NCBI GenBank assembly: GCA_016839815.1
Contig: JAEOTM010000071.1
Coordinates: forward strand, 1-35,839
DNA: 35,839 nucleotides
Source: Candidatus Hodarchaeota archaeon
Lineage (GTDB): Archaea; Asgardarchaeota; Heimdallarchaeia; Hodarchaeales; Hodarchaeaceae
Reading direction: 5' to 3'
In this document: piece after piece, positions 25,015 to 32,910 of the stretch
Numbering within the stretch: position 1 is the stretch's first letter
How the letters are laid out: each line of letters opens with the position of its first letter
Translations under genes and position numbers: made by a program
Notes under the pieces: model-generated
The model's input: the letters and a program-made list of their open reading frames with translations, nothing else
Database searches by the model: none
What the model was told of the DNA's origin: nothing

Positions 25015-25389
25015 TTATGAAAGAATCAGCTCTGTTTCGATACTGTAGTTGTCAGGCATTAAGAAAACCTCTCGAAAGACTTTTTCAAGTATAAGACTTC
25101 CTTGTTCAGGAGTTGCTTGGCCCTGAAAGGCTTCATCCATTTTTTCAAACAACACAAACACTCTCTCCAACGTTTTGACCTCATTTTTACTCAATGATAC
25201 TTTCGGTATATCAATGATCACTAATCTACCTCCGTTTCCACCAGCAGCTTGAACAAATCGTTTTGTGGATATTTCGCTAAAAATTACAAAATTATTGGGC
25301 CCTCCGTCATAAATCAGTGATTCTAAGTACGTTTTGAATATCTTCTTTCTCTCATTTTTTCTCAAATGAAATATTCCACCTAATTTCAT
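25015..25389 (-). CDS. Small protein, possibly YbjN/T3SS-chaperone-like (TY-Chap) fold
   Basis: Clean 124-aa ORF; FVIF...RFVQ beta pattern and C-terminal helix LEKVFREVF resemble that fold (visual impression only). Confidence 0.45.
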   Translation of the reverse strand: MKLGGIFHLRKNERKKIFKTYLESLIYDGGPNNFVIFSEISTKRFVQAAGGNGGRLVIIDIPKVSLSKNEVKTLERVFVLFEKMDEAFQGQATPEQGSLILEKVFREVFLMPDNYSIETELILS

Positions 25390-25469
25390 GTCCTTTTTTT
25401 CATTTCATACTTTGGTTCAAAAATTAAAAGTATTCTTAAATCAAAACTCAAAGAATGTTAAGCGACTGA

Positions 25470-26357
25470 TTGCTGGAGAGGTTTCATCTGAACGTTGATC
25501 TTGCTTCATATAATTATATTTCCACTCCTGAAATTGATATTACCATTAAATTAGCCTTAAAACTTAACCGTCCGATATTGATAGAAGGTCCCGCGGGTAC
25601 AGGAAAAACAAGCATAGCTATCTCTCTAGCAAATGCATTGAAGTGGGCCTTATATCGTATTCAATGCTACGAGGGAATCACAGTGGAGAGTGTTATTGGG
25701 GAATTCGATTATCGAAGGCAGTTATTGCATATTGAGCTGGAGCGTCAGAAACCACATAATCCAATGAATGTTGAAATGGATCTTGAAAATATCTTTTCTC
25801 GAGACTTTTTTATTGAACGACCTCTGTTTCTTTCATTTATTTCAAATCAACCTAACGTGTTATTGATTGATGAAATTGACAAATCAGATGAAGAGTTCGA
25901 AGCTTTCTTATTAGAGGCATTAGGGGAACGTCAAATTTCTATACCAGAGTTAGGGACATTTAAAGCCGATAATCATGATCAAGTAGTTATTCTTACCAGT
26001 AATTCGAGTAGAGATCTTAGTGAACCTCTCCGTCGACGATGCCTCTATCTTTATGTAGATTTTCCTTCAATAGAACGAGAAAAGGAAATTCTATCAGTTC
26101 ATACAGATATGTCACTTGATTCTCCTTTACTTTCAAGTATTACAAAAGTTGTTCATCACCTTAGATCATTAGATTTACGCAAAGTGCCTTCTATCGCAGA
26201 AACGATCGATTGGGCTAATTCACTCATTCATCTCGGAAAAACACAGCTTGATGAAGAAGTACTAAGGAATACTCTTCCAGTATTGCTTAAATATCAAGAA
26301 GATCTGCTTCTGATTAAAAATAAGCATAGTGAGTTGATAAGATTAAGTAATATGTGA
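25470..26357 (+). CDS. MoxR/CoxD-type AAA+ ATPase
   Basis: EGPAGTGKT, RIQCYEGI, LLIDEIDKSDEEFEAFLLE, LTSN and LRRRCLY. The true start may be CTG 25488. Confidence 0.95.
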   Translation: MLERFHLNVDLASYNYISTPEIDITIKLALKLNRPILIEGPAGTGKTSIAISLANALKWALYRIQCYEGITVESVIGEFDYRRQLLHIELERQKPHNPMNVEMDLENIFSRDFFIERPLFLSFISNQPNVLLIDEIDKSDEEFEAFLLEALGERQISIPELGTFKADNHDQVVILTSNSSRDLSEPLRRRCLYLYVDFPSIEREKEILSVHTDMSLDSPLLSSITKVVHHLRSLDLRKVPSIAETIDWANSLIHLGKTQLDEEVLRNTLPVLLKYQEDLLLIKNKHSELIRLSNM

Positions 26358-26364
26358 TCTTTCT

Positions 26365-27786
26365 ATGTCTGTAATCCTCAATTTTGTTGAATCATTACGC
26401 TTTCTTGGTTTACCGATTTCTCCTTCCGAAACTATTACCGCTCAGCAAGTCTTTCAGTATTTAGGTGCAGTAAACAAAGAAGTATTACGGATGGGGCTAA
26501 AAGTAGCGATCTTAAAACGTTATGAGGATTTTAACATTTTTAATGTGTGTTTTGATCAATACTTTGTGGGAATTGAATCACGAGAGAAAGAAAATGATCC
26601 ACACCTCTCACCTGAATCTGAATCCTTTTTGAGGGCAATGCAACGCTCAACAAATACTAATGATGCACTCATTGCGGAGCTCATTGTAACTGATCAACTG
26701 AATGAAGCTGTCCAAACAGCAATGATGATGGTTCCCACAGGAGGGGGAACTGCAGGTGGACAACCAGCTGAACAAGAGAGATTTAACCTTCAACAACGAC
26801 TTTCACGTGCATTAAATCGTACTTTTAATCTGGAAGTTCCAATTAGAGGATTAACTCCATCTCAACGTATGGAATTAAGTTCAGAAATTATTCGAATTGG
26901 TTTTAATTTGTATCAGCTATTCAATGAAATTGAAAAAAGAGAAGTTACGGATACCAAGGATAATATTTCTCGTGAAGTCATTGTTAATGAAACACCAGAG
27001 GATTTGTATCAACTTGATCAGTTTTTAACCCAGGATTTAGCGACTGTTTCGGCCACTATGGCTAACATTAAAGAACATCTTTTAGAGATTGGAAAGATCC
27101 TTGCATCTCGTGAACGACGACGGAGAAGATTAGCCAAACATGGAAAATTAGATTTCCGTAGAACCATCAGAAAGAATCTCAAAAACAATGGAGTTATGTT
27201 GGAACTTGTTCATAAGCATAAACGAATCGAAGATCCTGAAATTATAATATTAAATGATGTATCAGGATCTACACGCTGGATTGCTGATTGGTTTTTTGTT
27301 ATCTGTTATACTGCGCAGCAGGTTTACAAGAAGATTCGAGTTTTTGAATTTGATAATACAATGGTTGAAGTGTCTTCTGCATTAAGTCGAAAAACGATCG
27401 ATCGGGCCATGAAAGATAGGCAAGAATGTTGGAAGCGACCATTACGAACGCGAAGAATCCATTCAGACTACCAAGATAGCTTTGAGGATTTTTTTCATCT
27501 AATCAAGCATAAGCCGCTCAATAAGAGAACTTCTATCCTTATTCTAGGGGATTGTCGAGATTTTGAAGGAATGTGGAGGCATGATCACCCAATTAGTAGT
27601 GAATATATCCAGAAAATGGTTAATACCGCTAAAAGAGTATTAATATTAAATCCTGAAAGTCATAATCTCTGGAATGCTGGTGATTCTGTTGTTAAATATT
27701 ATCAACAGGTCGGCGCGTATGTTTATCAAGTGGCCACTCTTCAAGACTTACTAGATTTCGTATTTCAATTAAAAATTCCGAATTAA
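26365..27786 (+). CDS. CoxE-like VWA domain protein
   Basis: FVxxLRxxGLxIS N-terminus, LDFRRTIR, MIDAS DVSGS, ILGDCR, LNPE and WxxGDS; directly follows the MoxR ATPase. Confidence 0.92.
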   Translation: MSVILNFVESLRFLGLPISPSETITAQQVFQYLGAVNKEVLRMGLKVAILKRYEDFNIFNVCFDQYFVGIESREKENDPHLSPESESFLRAMQRSTNTNDALIAELIVTDQLNEAVQTAMMMVPTGGGTAGGQPAEQERFNLQQRLSRALNRTFNLEVPIRGLTPSQRMELSSEIIRIGFNLYQLFNEIEKREVTDTKDNISREVIVNETPEDLYQLDQFLTQDLATVSATMANIKEHLLEIGKILASRERRRRRLAKHGKLDFRRTIRKNLKNNGVMLELVHKHKRIEDPEIIILNDVSGSTRWIADWFFVICYTAQQVYKKIRVFEFDNTMVEVSSALSRKTIDRAMKDRQECWKRPLRTRRIHSDYQDSFEDFFHLIKHKPLNKRTSILILGDCRDFEGMWRHDHPISSEYIQKMVNTAKRVLILNPESHNLWNAGDSVVKYYQQVGAYVYQVATLQDLLDFVFQLKIPN

Positions 27787-28298
27787 GTAGATCTTTTACC
27801 TTTCTTTGCCACAGGTTTTAAAATTTGAGTAATAAATGGAGTTTTTCCTTCGGTATATTTATTTCGTTCAGTCGGAAACTTCTTAGCAAGCTCTATCTTT
27901 AATTTTTGATAACGAATTTTCTTCCCTTCATCGCGTAAGAGGATGTCGCGAAATAATATATGATTACTCCATTCTTTTGATTCATACTCAACAAAATGTA
28001 AGTGAAAAAGACGGGGAGATCCTTTCTTAAAAAAACGACGTTTTTCATCCCCTGCTTCGGCAGTGTAACTGTAATCTAATACCTCAAGGACATTTAGAAC
28101 ATTTTTGTTGAAGACATCCCTCAGATCATTAATTCCTATCAAGATATCAATTACAGGTTTGGCAATAATTCCTGGAATAGCTGTACTTCCGATATGTTCA
28201 ATCCCTAGAATTAGTTCACCCAGTGCTAACAGAATCATAGCACTTTCGAATTGGAAGCGATAATCCCATGATTTTTGATATTCAACCAATTGGATCAT
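27783..28298 (-). CDS. GrpB-family (nucleotidyltransferase-like) protein
   Basis: IEHIGSTAIPGxxAKPVIDI, HLH, FRDxL, YxxLKxxLA and YTxGKTxFI motifs; likely ATG at 28298 (track start 28343). Confidence 0.9.
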   Translation of the reverse strand: MIQLVEYQKSWDYRFQFESAMILLALGELILGIEHIGSTAIPGIIAKPVIDILIGINDLRDVFNKNVLNVLEVLDYSYTAEAGDEKRRFFKKGSPRLFHLHFVEYESKEWSNHILFRDILLRDEGKKIRYQKLKIELAKKFPTERNKYTEGKTPFITQILKPVAKKGKRST

Positions 28299-28539
28299 AT
28301 CATCGCCAAAACCCAGTAAAGTCATTTTAGTATTTACATCCAATTTGACAAATAGTTATATTTTAGAATTCCTTACGGGGGAGAAAACAGTTCTCAAGAT
28401 CTGATATTTAATATTTCCTCGCGATGTCATAGAAAAAAAAATCTTTGAGCTGTTGATTGAAACCATCCTTTTCCCAAAGATTAAAAAAATAATTAAGAAT
28501 TTCAATGAAGGCACAGGACTACGTTCGAGGTGAAAAACA

Positions 28540-29193
28540 ATTCCAGGTGATTACTTTTCCAAAATTCTTTCTGAGAAGGATATTCACAAGAAAGGGACTG
28601 AACTCTTCTTAAAGCTTGTTGAATCAATAGAAGTTGCTTATAAAACATATGTTAAGGCTATCTATGCATGGAGAGAAAAGGATTACGAAAAGGGGTATAA
28701 ATTAAAGGACGAAATAATTACTCTTGAGAAAAATGCCGATAAAGTCAAAGATGTGTTCTTTGAGAGTATCTTCAGGAAGAAAGCTTATCTTCCCCAAATT
28801 ACGGAGGAAAGGCATAAACTAATGCTTAATGCGGATGTTGTGCTAGACTGTATCGAGAGAGGAGTCAGAGTTCTTTGCTTAAAAAAGCTAGATGAAAGTT
28901 ATTTTCCCCCAGAATTTGATGAAATCCTAGATAAGACCGATGATGTCATCGAGCTATATATCGAAGCACATAAGGCCTTTTTTGATGATTATGAAAAAGC
29001 AGCAAAAAAAGCTAGAAAACTCGAAAAAACAAGGGATGAAGTCAGGGATCTGTATTATAAGGCATTAGGAAGAGTTCTCAATGATGAATTTCCTCGTGGT
29101 ACAAGAAGATTACTGAATGATACCGTTCGCATAAGTATACGTGCAGAAGAAGGAATTGACTATTTGAAAGTGCTGATCGCAAGGCACAGTTAA
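28540..29193 (+). CDS. DUF47/PhoU-like phosphate transport regulator; ATT start
   Basis: The frame is open 71 codons upstream of track start 28753 (MPGDYFSKILSEKD...IITLEKNADKVK), restoring the first ExxAD repeat. ATT at 28540 lies 6 nt after a perfect GAGGTGA; the gene is adjacent to pit. Confidence 0.88.
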   Translation: MPGDYFSKILSEKDIHKKGTELFLKLVESIEVAYKTYVKAIYAWREKDYEKGYKLKDEIITLEKNADKVKDVFFESIFRKKAYLPQITEERHKLMLNADVVLDCIERGVRVLCLKKLDESYFPPEFDEILDKTDDVIELYIEAHKAFFDDYEKAAKKARKLEKTRDEVRDLYYKALGRVLNDEFPRGTRRLLNDTVRISIRAEEGIDYLKVLIARHS

Positions 29194-29204
29194 TAATAAA
29201 CAAG

Positions 29205-30197
29205 GTGGTTTTCCTGACTGATCCAGAAGTCCTTGCACTGGCTATAGGAATCGGATTATTTGTAGCTTTTACCATCGGTGCTAATGATGAAACAATGACA
29301 CCCGCAGTAGGTGCAGGTTTGCTAGGTCTAGGAGCAGCTGTTGTGATTGGAGGTGTCTTCAATCTGATAGGAGTTTTCTTTTTAGGTGAAAGTGTTGCAA
29401 AGACTGTAGGTAATAATTTCACTTATCCAGAATACCCGTTAACACTTCCCATGGTGTTTATTATTTTAATATCAATGGCTGCTTGGTTACTCATTGTTTC
29501 AATAAAAGGAATTCCAATAAGTACCACTCAATCAATCGTAGGCAGTGTTTTAGGTATTGCAATTCTTAAATATAATATTAACGCAATTCGTTTCGATACA
29601 GTAGCCATTGTGGTTCTGAGTTGGGTTGTAAGTCCTTTACTAGGTCTTTTGGGAGGTTATCTGTTCTACAGATTAATACAAGCGTTCCAAAGGTCACTGA
29701 AACGAACAGGGTACTCTGATTATGAGCGGCAGGAGAAGTATGCTGCGTATGCCTTAGCATTCTTTTTACTATTCTCAGTTTTTTCAAGAAGTGGGAATGA
29801 TGTAGCTAAGGCCATAGGTCCATTAATGGCATTAGAAGAAATAGCAGCAGATCCATTTATTGCTCTTCTTGCTGGAGGAGTGGGGATGTGTCTTGGAGTT
29901 ATTATCTTGGGACGACGAGTAGTAAAAAAGTTGGCAAAGGATATTGTTGCTTTATCACCAACTTCTGCTTTAGCAGCTAGTGTTTCTGTTTCAATTATTA
30001 TGTTTGTGGGAACATTGATGGCTATGCCTTTGAGTGGAAGTCATATTCTGGTAGCAGCATTTATTGGTGTAGGCTTTGTAAATCAAGAGAAGGTAGATAT
30101 GGATTCTTTGAAGGAAATTGGTATAAGCTGGGTCATAACAACTCCTGCATCAGCAATCTTTTCAGGTGCACTCTTTTTACTGACAACATTAGTGTAA
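29205..30197 (+). CDS. pit: PiT-family inorganic phosphate transporter
   Basis: GAND, PISTTQ, second repeat GNDVA, PLSGSH and SWVIT. The true start may be CTG 29214. Confidence 0.93.
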   Translation: MVFLTDPEVLALAIGIGLFVAFTIGANDETMTPAVGAGLLGLGAAVVIGGVFNLIGVFFLGESVAKTVGNNFTYPEYPLTLPMVFIILISMAAWLLIVSIKGIPISTTQSIVGSVLGIAILKYNINAIRFDTVAIVVLSWVVSPLLGLLGGYLFYRLIQAFQRSLKRTGYSDYERQEKYAAYALAFFLLFSVFSRSGNDVAKAIGPLMALEEIAADPFIALLAGGVGMCLGVIILGRRVVKKLAKDIVALSPTSALAASVSVSIIMFVGTLMAMPLSGSHILVAAFIGVGFVNQEKVDMDSLKEIGISWVITTPASAIFSGALFLLTTLV

Positions 30198-30198
30198 A

Positions 30199-30729
30199 CT
30201 AGACTAATTCCTCATCTGTAAGATAGGCTCTATATCGTCCTACCAAAATTACAGCACCAATTATAAAACAAACTAGACAAAGGAAATAAACTAATTCCTG
30301 GGTTAATAAATTTAAAAAAGGATTTTCCGCGGGAAAAATGTAAAATAGCTGCTGATCCTCATAGAGAAACGCGTCTAGAAGAACATGAGACATAGTTCCG
30401 ATCCATGCACTCAGTAAACACATCTGTAAGGAATAATTAGGGAGAGTAAAAGGTGTAGGGTTATCAAACTTAAAATCTATGCGATGAATAAGCTTGTGCG
30501 TTAAGAATGAACCTATACCAACAAAGATACCTAATATGAATGCTCCAATAAAGGAATGCATAAACCCGTGAAGTGGAACTCCCGAGTTTGGGAATAAAAG
30601 CGAATATACACCTTCAACATCAATAATTACACTTCCAACAAATAGACCAATGGGATCTAATGTAATCACAATTGCTTGAATTAGAAGAGAAATTCCTAGA
30701 TGAAATGGTGTGAAAACTATCGTACCCAC
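30199..30729 (-). CDS. Membrane-bound metal-dependent hydrolase-like protein
   Basis: FTPFH, DVE, HGFMHS and SHVLLD metal-ligand pattern among TM helices. The true start may be ATA 30720. Confidence 0.75.
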   Translation of the reverse strand: MGTIVFTPFHLGISLLIQAIVITLDPIGLFVGSVIIDVEGVYSLLFPNSGVPLHGFMHSFIGAFILGIFVGIGSFLTHKLIHRIDFKFDNPTPFTLPNYSLQMCLLSAWIGTMSHVLLDAFLYEDQQLFYIFPAENPFLNLLTQELVYFLCLVCFIIGAVILVGRYRAYLTDEELV

Positions 30730-30884
30730 CTACTCAATACTGCCTTTTTTCAGATAGTAACTGCTATTTATACACCGGTATTTAAAAAACCTATTAAACA
30801 AATATACTTAAACCATCTTATAATTATCCTTGAAGCTCAAAGAATTTATCTCAAAATAGTTTATCTACATGAGAAGGTCGTTAA

Positions 30885-31643
30885 TTGTATACACTAGCAG
30901 TAATTTCAGATATTCATGCTAACCTAGAGGCCTATGAAGCTGTCATGGAGCATATGCGAGTTAACTTTCCTGAAATTGCTGAAATTTTATGTCCTGGTGA
31001 TCTCGTTGGGTACGGACCAAAACCCCGTGAAGTCATTGAGGCAATCGTAAGTGATCAACAGGTACTTGCGATTACTAAAGGGAATCATGATCACGCCATA
31101 GGTGGTGGCGGTCGAGATTTGAAAAATATAGATACTTACGTGTCTAAATTTAACCCTCTAGCTCAGATTGCCATTCGATGGCAGGTATCGATCCTTTCTG
31201 AGGAATTAAAGACATTTCTTTATCAGCTCCCCCATACACGAACCTGTCTTCATCATAGCGAGGCTAATGCTCAGATTGGAATCATTCATGGTTCTCCTAA
31301 TTTTCCTCTTGATGAGTATATTCTTCCTAAAACACCTGCTCAGATGGCTCTATTCCCGTTTATGCAACTCATAGAAATTAACGTTCTCCTTCTAGGCCAT
31401 ACTCACATCCCATTTATCGAGAAAGCTACCTCCGATGATGATTCGGAATTATTAATGATTAATCCTGGTAGTGTCGGTCAACCCCGTGATAAGGATCCCC
31501 GAGCTTCGTATGCGGTAATTGATCTTAAAAATTTGGAAGCAGAAATCATTCGTGTAGATTATGATATTGACAAAGTCAACAAGCAAATAGCTAAAGTCGG
31601 ATTACCAGATTTTTTGGGTGACCGTCTCGCTCAAGGAATTTAG
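30885..31643 (+). CDS. Calcineurin-like metallophosphoesterase (YfcE/MJ0912-like)
   Basis: ISDIHANLEA, GDLVGYG, GNHD, HGSP, GHTH and NPGSVGQPRDxDPRASY motifs. Confidence 0.93.
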   Translation: MYTLAVISDIHANLEAYEAVMEHMRVNFPEIAEILCPGDLVGYGPKPREVIEAIVSDQQVLAITKGNHDHAIGGGGRDLKNIDTYVSKFNPLAQIAIRWQVSILSEELKTFLYQLPHTRTCLHHSEANAQIGIIHGSPNFPLDEYILPKTPAQMALFPFMQLIEINVLLLGHTHIPFIEKATSDDDSELLMINPGSVGQPRDKDPRASYAVIDLKNLEAEIIRVDYDIDKVNKQIAKVGLPDFLGDRLAQGI

Positions 31644-31704
31644 ATGTCCACTCAGTTGTCCCTATCAAAGAATTTATATTTTTTAACAAAGTATCTTACA
31701 TCTA

Positions 31705-31911
31705 ATGTCAGACACAGATAAAGATGACCCCACTTCCGGTGCAGATACTAAGGAATATGTTATCCCTCAAGGTTATAGTTGGTATGGCATTTCAAGTGGT
31801 CATTCCGTTCCTGTAGATCGTGTGCAAAGTAGAAATATATTAAAAGACTTTCTCTTTGGGGTTATTATAATTTTAGGAGTTATTCTACTTTTGCTCATTC
31901 TTTATAATTAG
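31705..31911 (+). CDS. Small tail-anchored membrane protein (68 aa)
   Basis: Polar N-terminus and a single TM helix at the extreme C-terminus; TTTATA box about 30 nt upstream and no SD (probably leaderless). Confidence 0.65.
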   Translation: MSDTDKDDPTSGADTKEYVIPQGYSWYGISSGHSVPVDRVQSRNILKDFLFGVIIILGVILLLLILYN

Positions 31912-32161
31912 AAAAAATAACCCACGTTTTGATGAGTGAAGTAGATACGTTTATTGTCTTATCTCTTTATTCTAGGAATTGTAAATTATTCTAGAATGAA
32001 CGTTCCTGAACTTTATCCAATGTACCAAAGGACCTCCTTCAACTCTTTTTACTTATTGAGAATAATGGAATATCTAGAATTATTTTAAAAATGATATTCT
32101 ATTAATTCAATAGAGTTAAGGAAATAACTTTATCTATAACAATTTAAACTCCTCTAATTAC

Positions 32162-32269
32162 GTAAAGAACATAAGAATCTAAGTCTAGGACGACCAGCTG
32201 GCACGAAGCCTGTTAAATCTTGGAAATAAAAACTCCGTAACGGACGATCTAGAAATCCCAGTTCTTTAC
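32162..32269 (+). ncRNA. Candidate structured RNA leader upstream of the Rab-like GTPase
   Basis: Nested complementarity: GTAAAGAAC/GTTCTTTAC (perfect 9 bp) encloses TCTAGGACGACC/GGACGATCTAGA and two small hairpins. Confidence 0.4.
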
Positions 32270-32293
32270 CATATAGAACATGGATCGATCTTA

Positions 32294-32812
32294 ATGGCTG
32301 AAGATACGCTAAAATATAAAGTTGTTTTAGCAGGTGAAGGCGCGGTAGGAAAAACTACCCTTATAAATCGGTTTGTTACTGGGGGATTTTCAGCTGATTA
32401 CAAAGCCACGATTGGAGTTCAAATATTCTCCAAGGCTGTTGTTTTAGATGGCGATAAAGAAGTGAATCTTCAAATTTGGGATATAGCAGGGCAAACGCTA
32501 TTTCGGAATCTCCGTACCAAGTTTTTCCAAAATGCTTCGGGCGCATTACTTGTTTTCGACTTAACAGTCCCAGCTACCTTAGAAAATCTACATACATGGA
32601 TTGCTGATATTAAGAATATTACTAATAGTATTCCTTTTGTATTAATAGGCAATAAAGTTGACTTAACTGAACTAAAATCAATTTCTCAAGATGATGTTAA
32701 CGCTTTTATTATACAATACTTTGATGATATTCGAGTTCATTATAATACAAGTGCATTAACAGGTGTCAATGTAGAACAGGCTTTCCTTGAATTGGTTAAG
32801 AATATGGTTTAG
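32294..32812 (+). CDS. Rab-like small GTPase (eukaryotic signature protein)
   Basis: G1 GEGAVGKT, G2 ATIG, G3 WDIAGQ, G4 NKVD, G5 TSA; RabF-like IGVQI, NLQIW, LFRNL, FFQNA, LVFDLT; no C-terminal Cys motif. Confidence 0.95.
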   Translation: MAEDTLKYKVVLAGEGAVGKTTLINRFVTGGFSADYKATIGVQIFSKAVVLDGDKEVNLQIWDIAGQTLFRNLRTKFFQNASGALLVFDLTVPATLENLHTWIADIKNITNSIPFVLIGNKVDLTELKSISQDDVNAFIIQYFDDIRVHYNTSALTGVNVEQAFLELVKNMV

Positions 32813-32910
32813 TAAATTCAAGAGTCCTTCAAGTCTTTAAGAAGAGTTTATAAGGAACTCTAATTCTTATAGATTAATTCTCTTCAGGTTCTACCTTTTG
32901 TTGAAGAAAT

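Noticed and set aside
944-27786. Genome-wide reassignment of TGA as an explanation for the Hsp20 stop
   Set aside because: TGA ends several complete genes at their natural C-termini (e.g. 8987-8989 right after the PIP box and followed by TAA; 26355-26357), and no other long gene is broken by TGA.
28440-28482. AATCTTTG ... CAAAGATT inverted repeat upstream of DUF47-pit
   Set aside because: 8-bp AT-rich arms with an unpaired 27-nt spacer; within chance expectation without comparative data.
31930-32009. TGATGA ... CTGA as a box C/D sRNA
   Set aside because: Spacing is long for an archaeal sRNA, there are no recognisable internal C'/D' boxes, and box C lacks the leading purine.
31969-32253. Five TCTAG words and an ATTCTAG/CTAGAAT hairpin in one intergenic region as a repeat array
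   Set aside because: Irregular spacing, self-complementary core, and TCTAG is frequent elsewhere in the window. Not CRISPR-like.
32158-32301. Basic peptide-like frame upstream of the GTPase (LRKEHKNLSLGRPAGTKPVKSWK*KLRNGRSR...)
   Set aside because: No start codon, interrupted by TAA, and better explained by the RNA structure.
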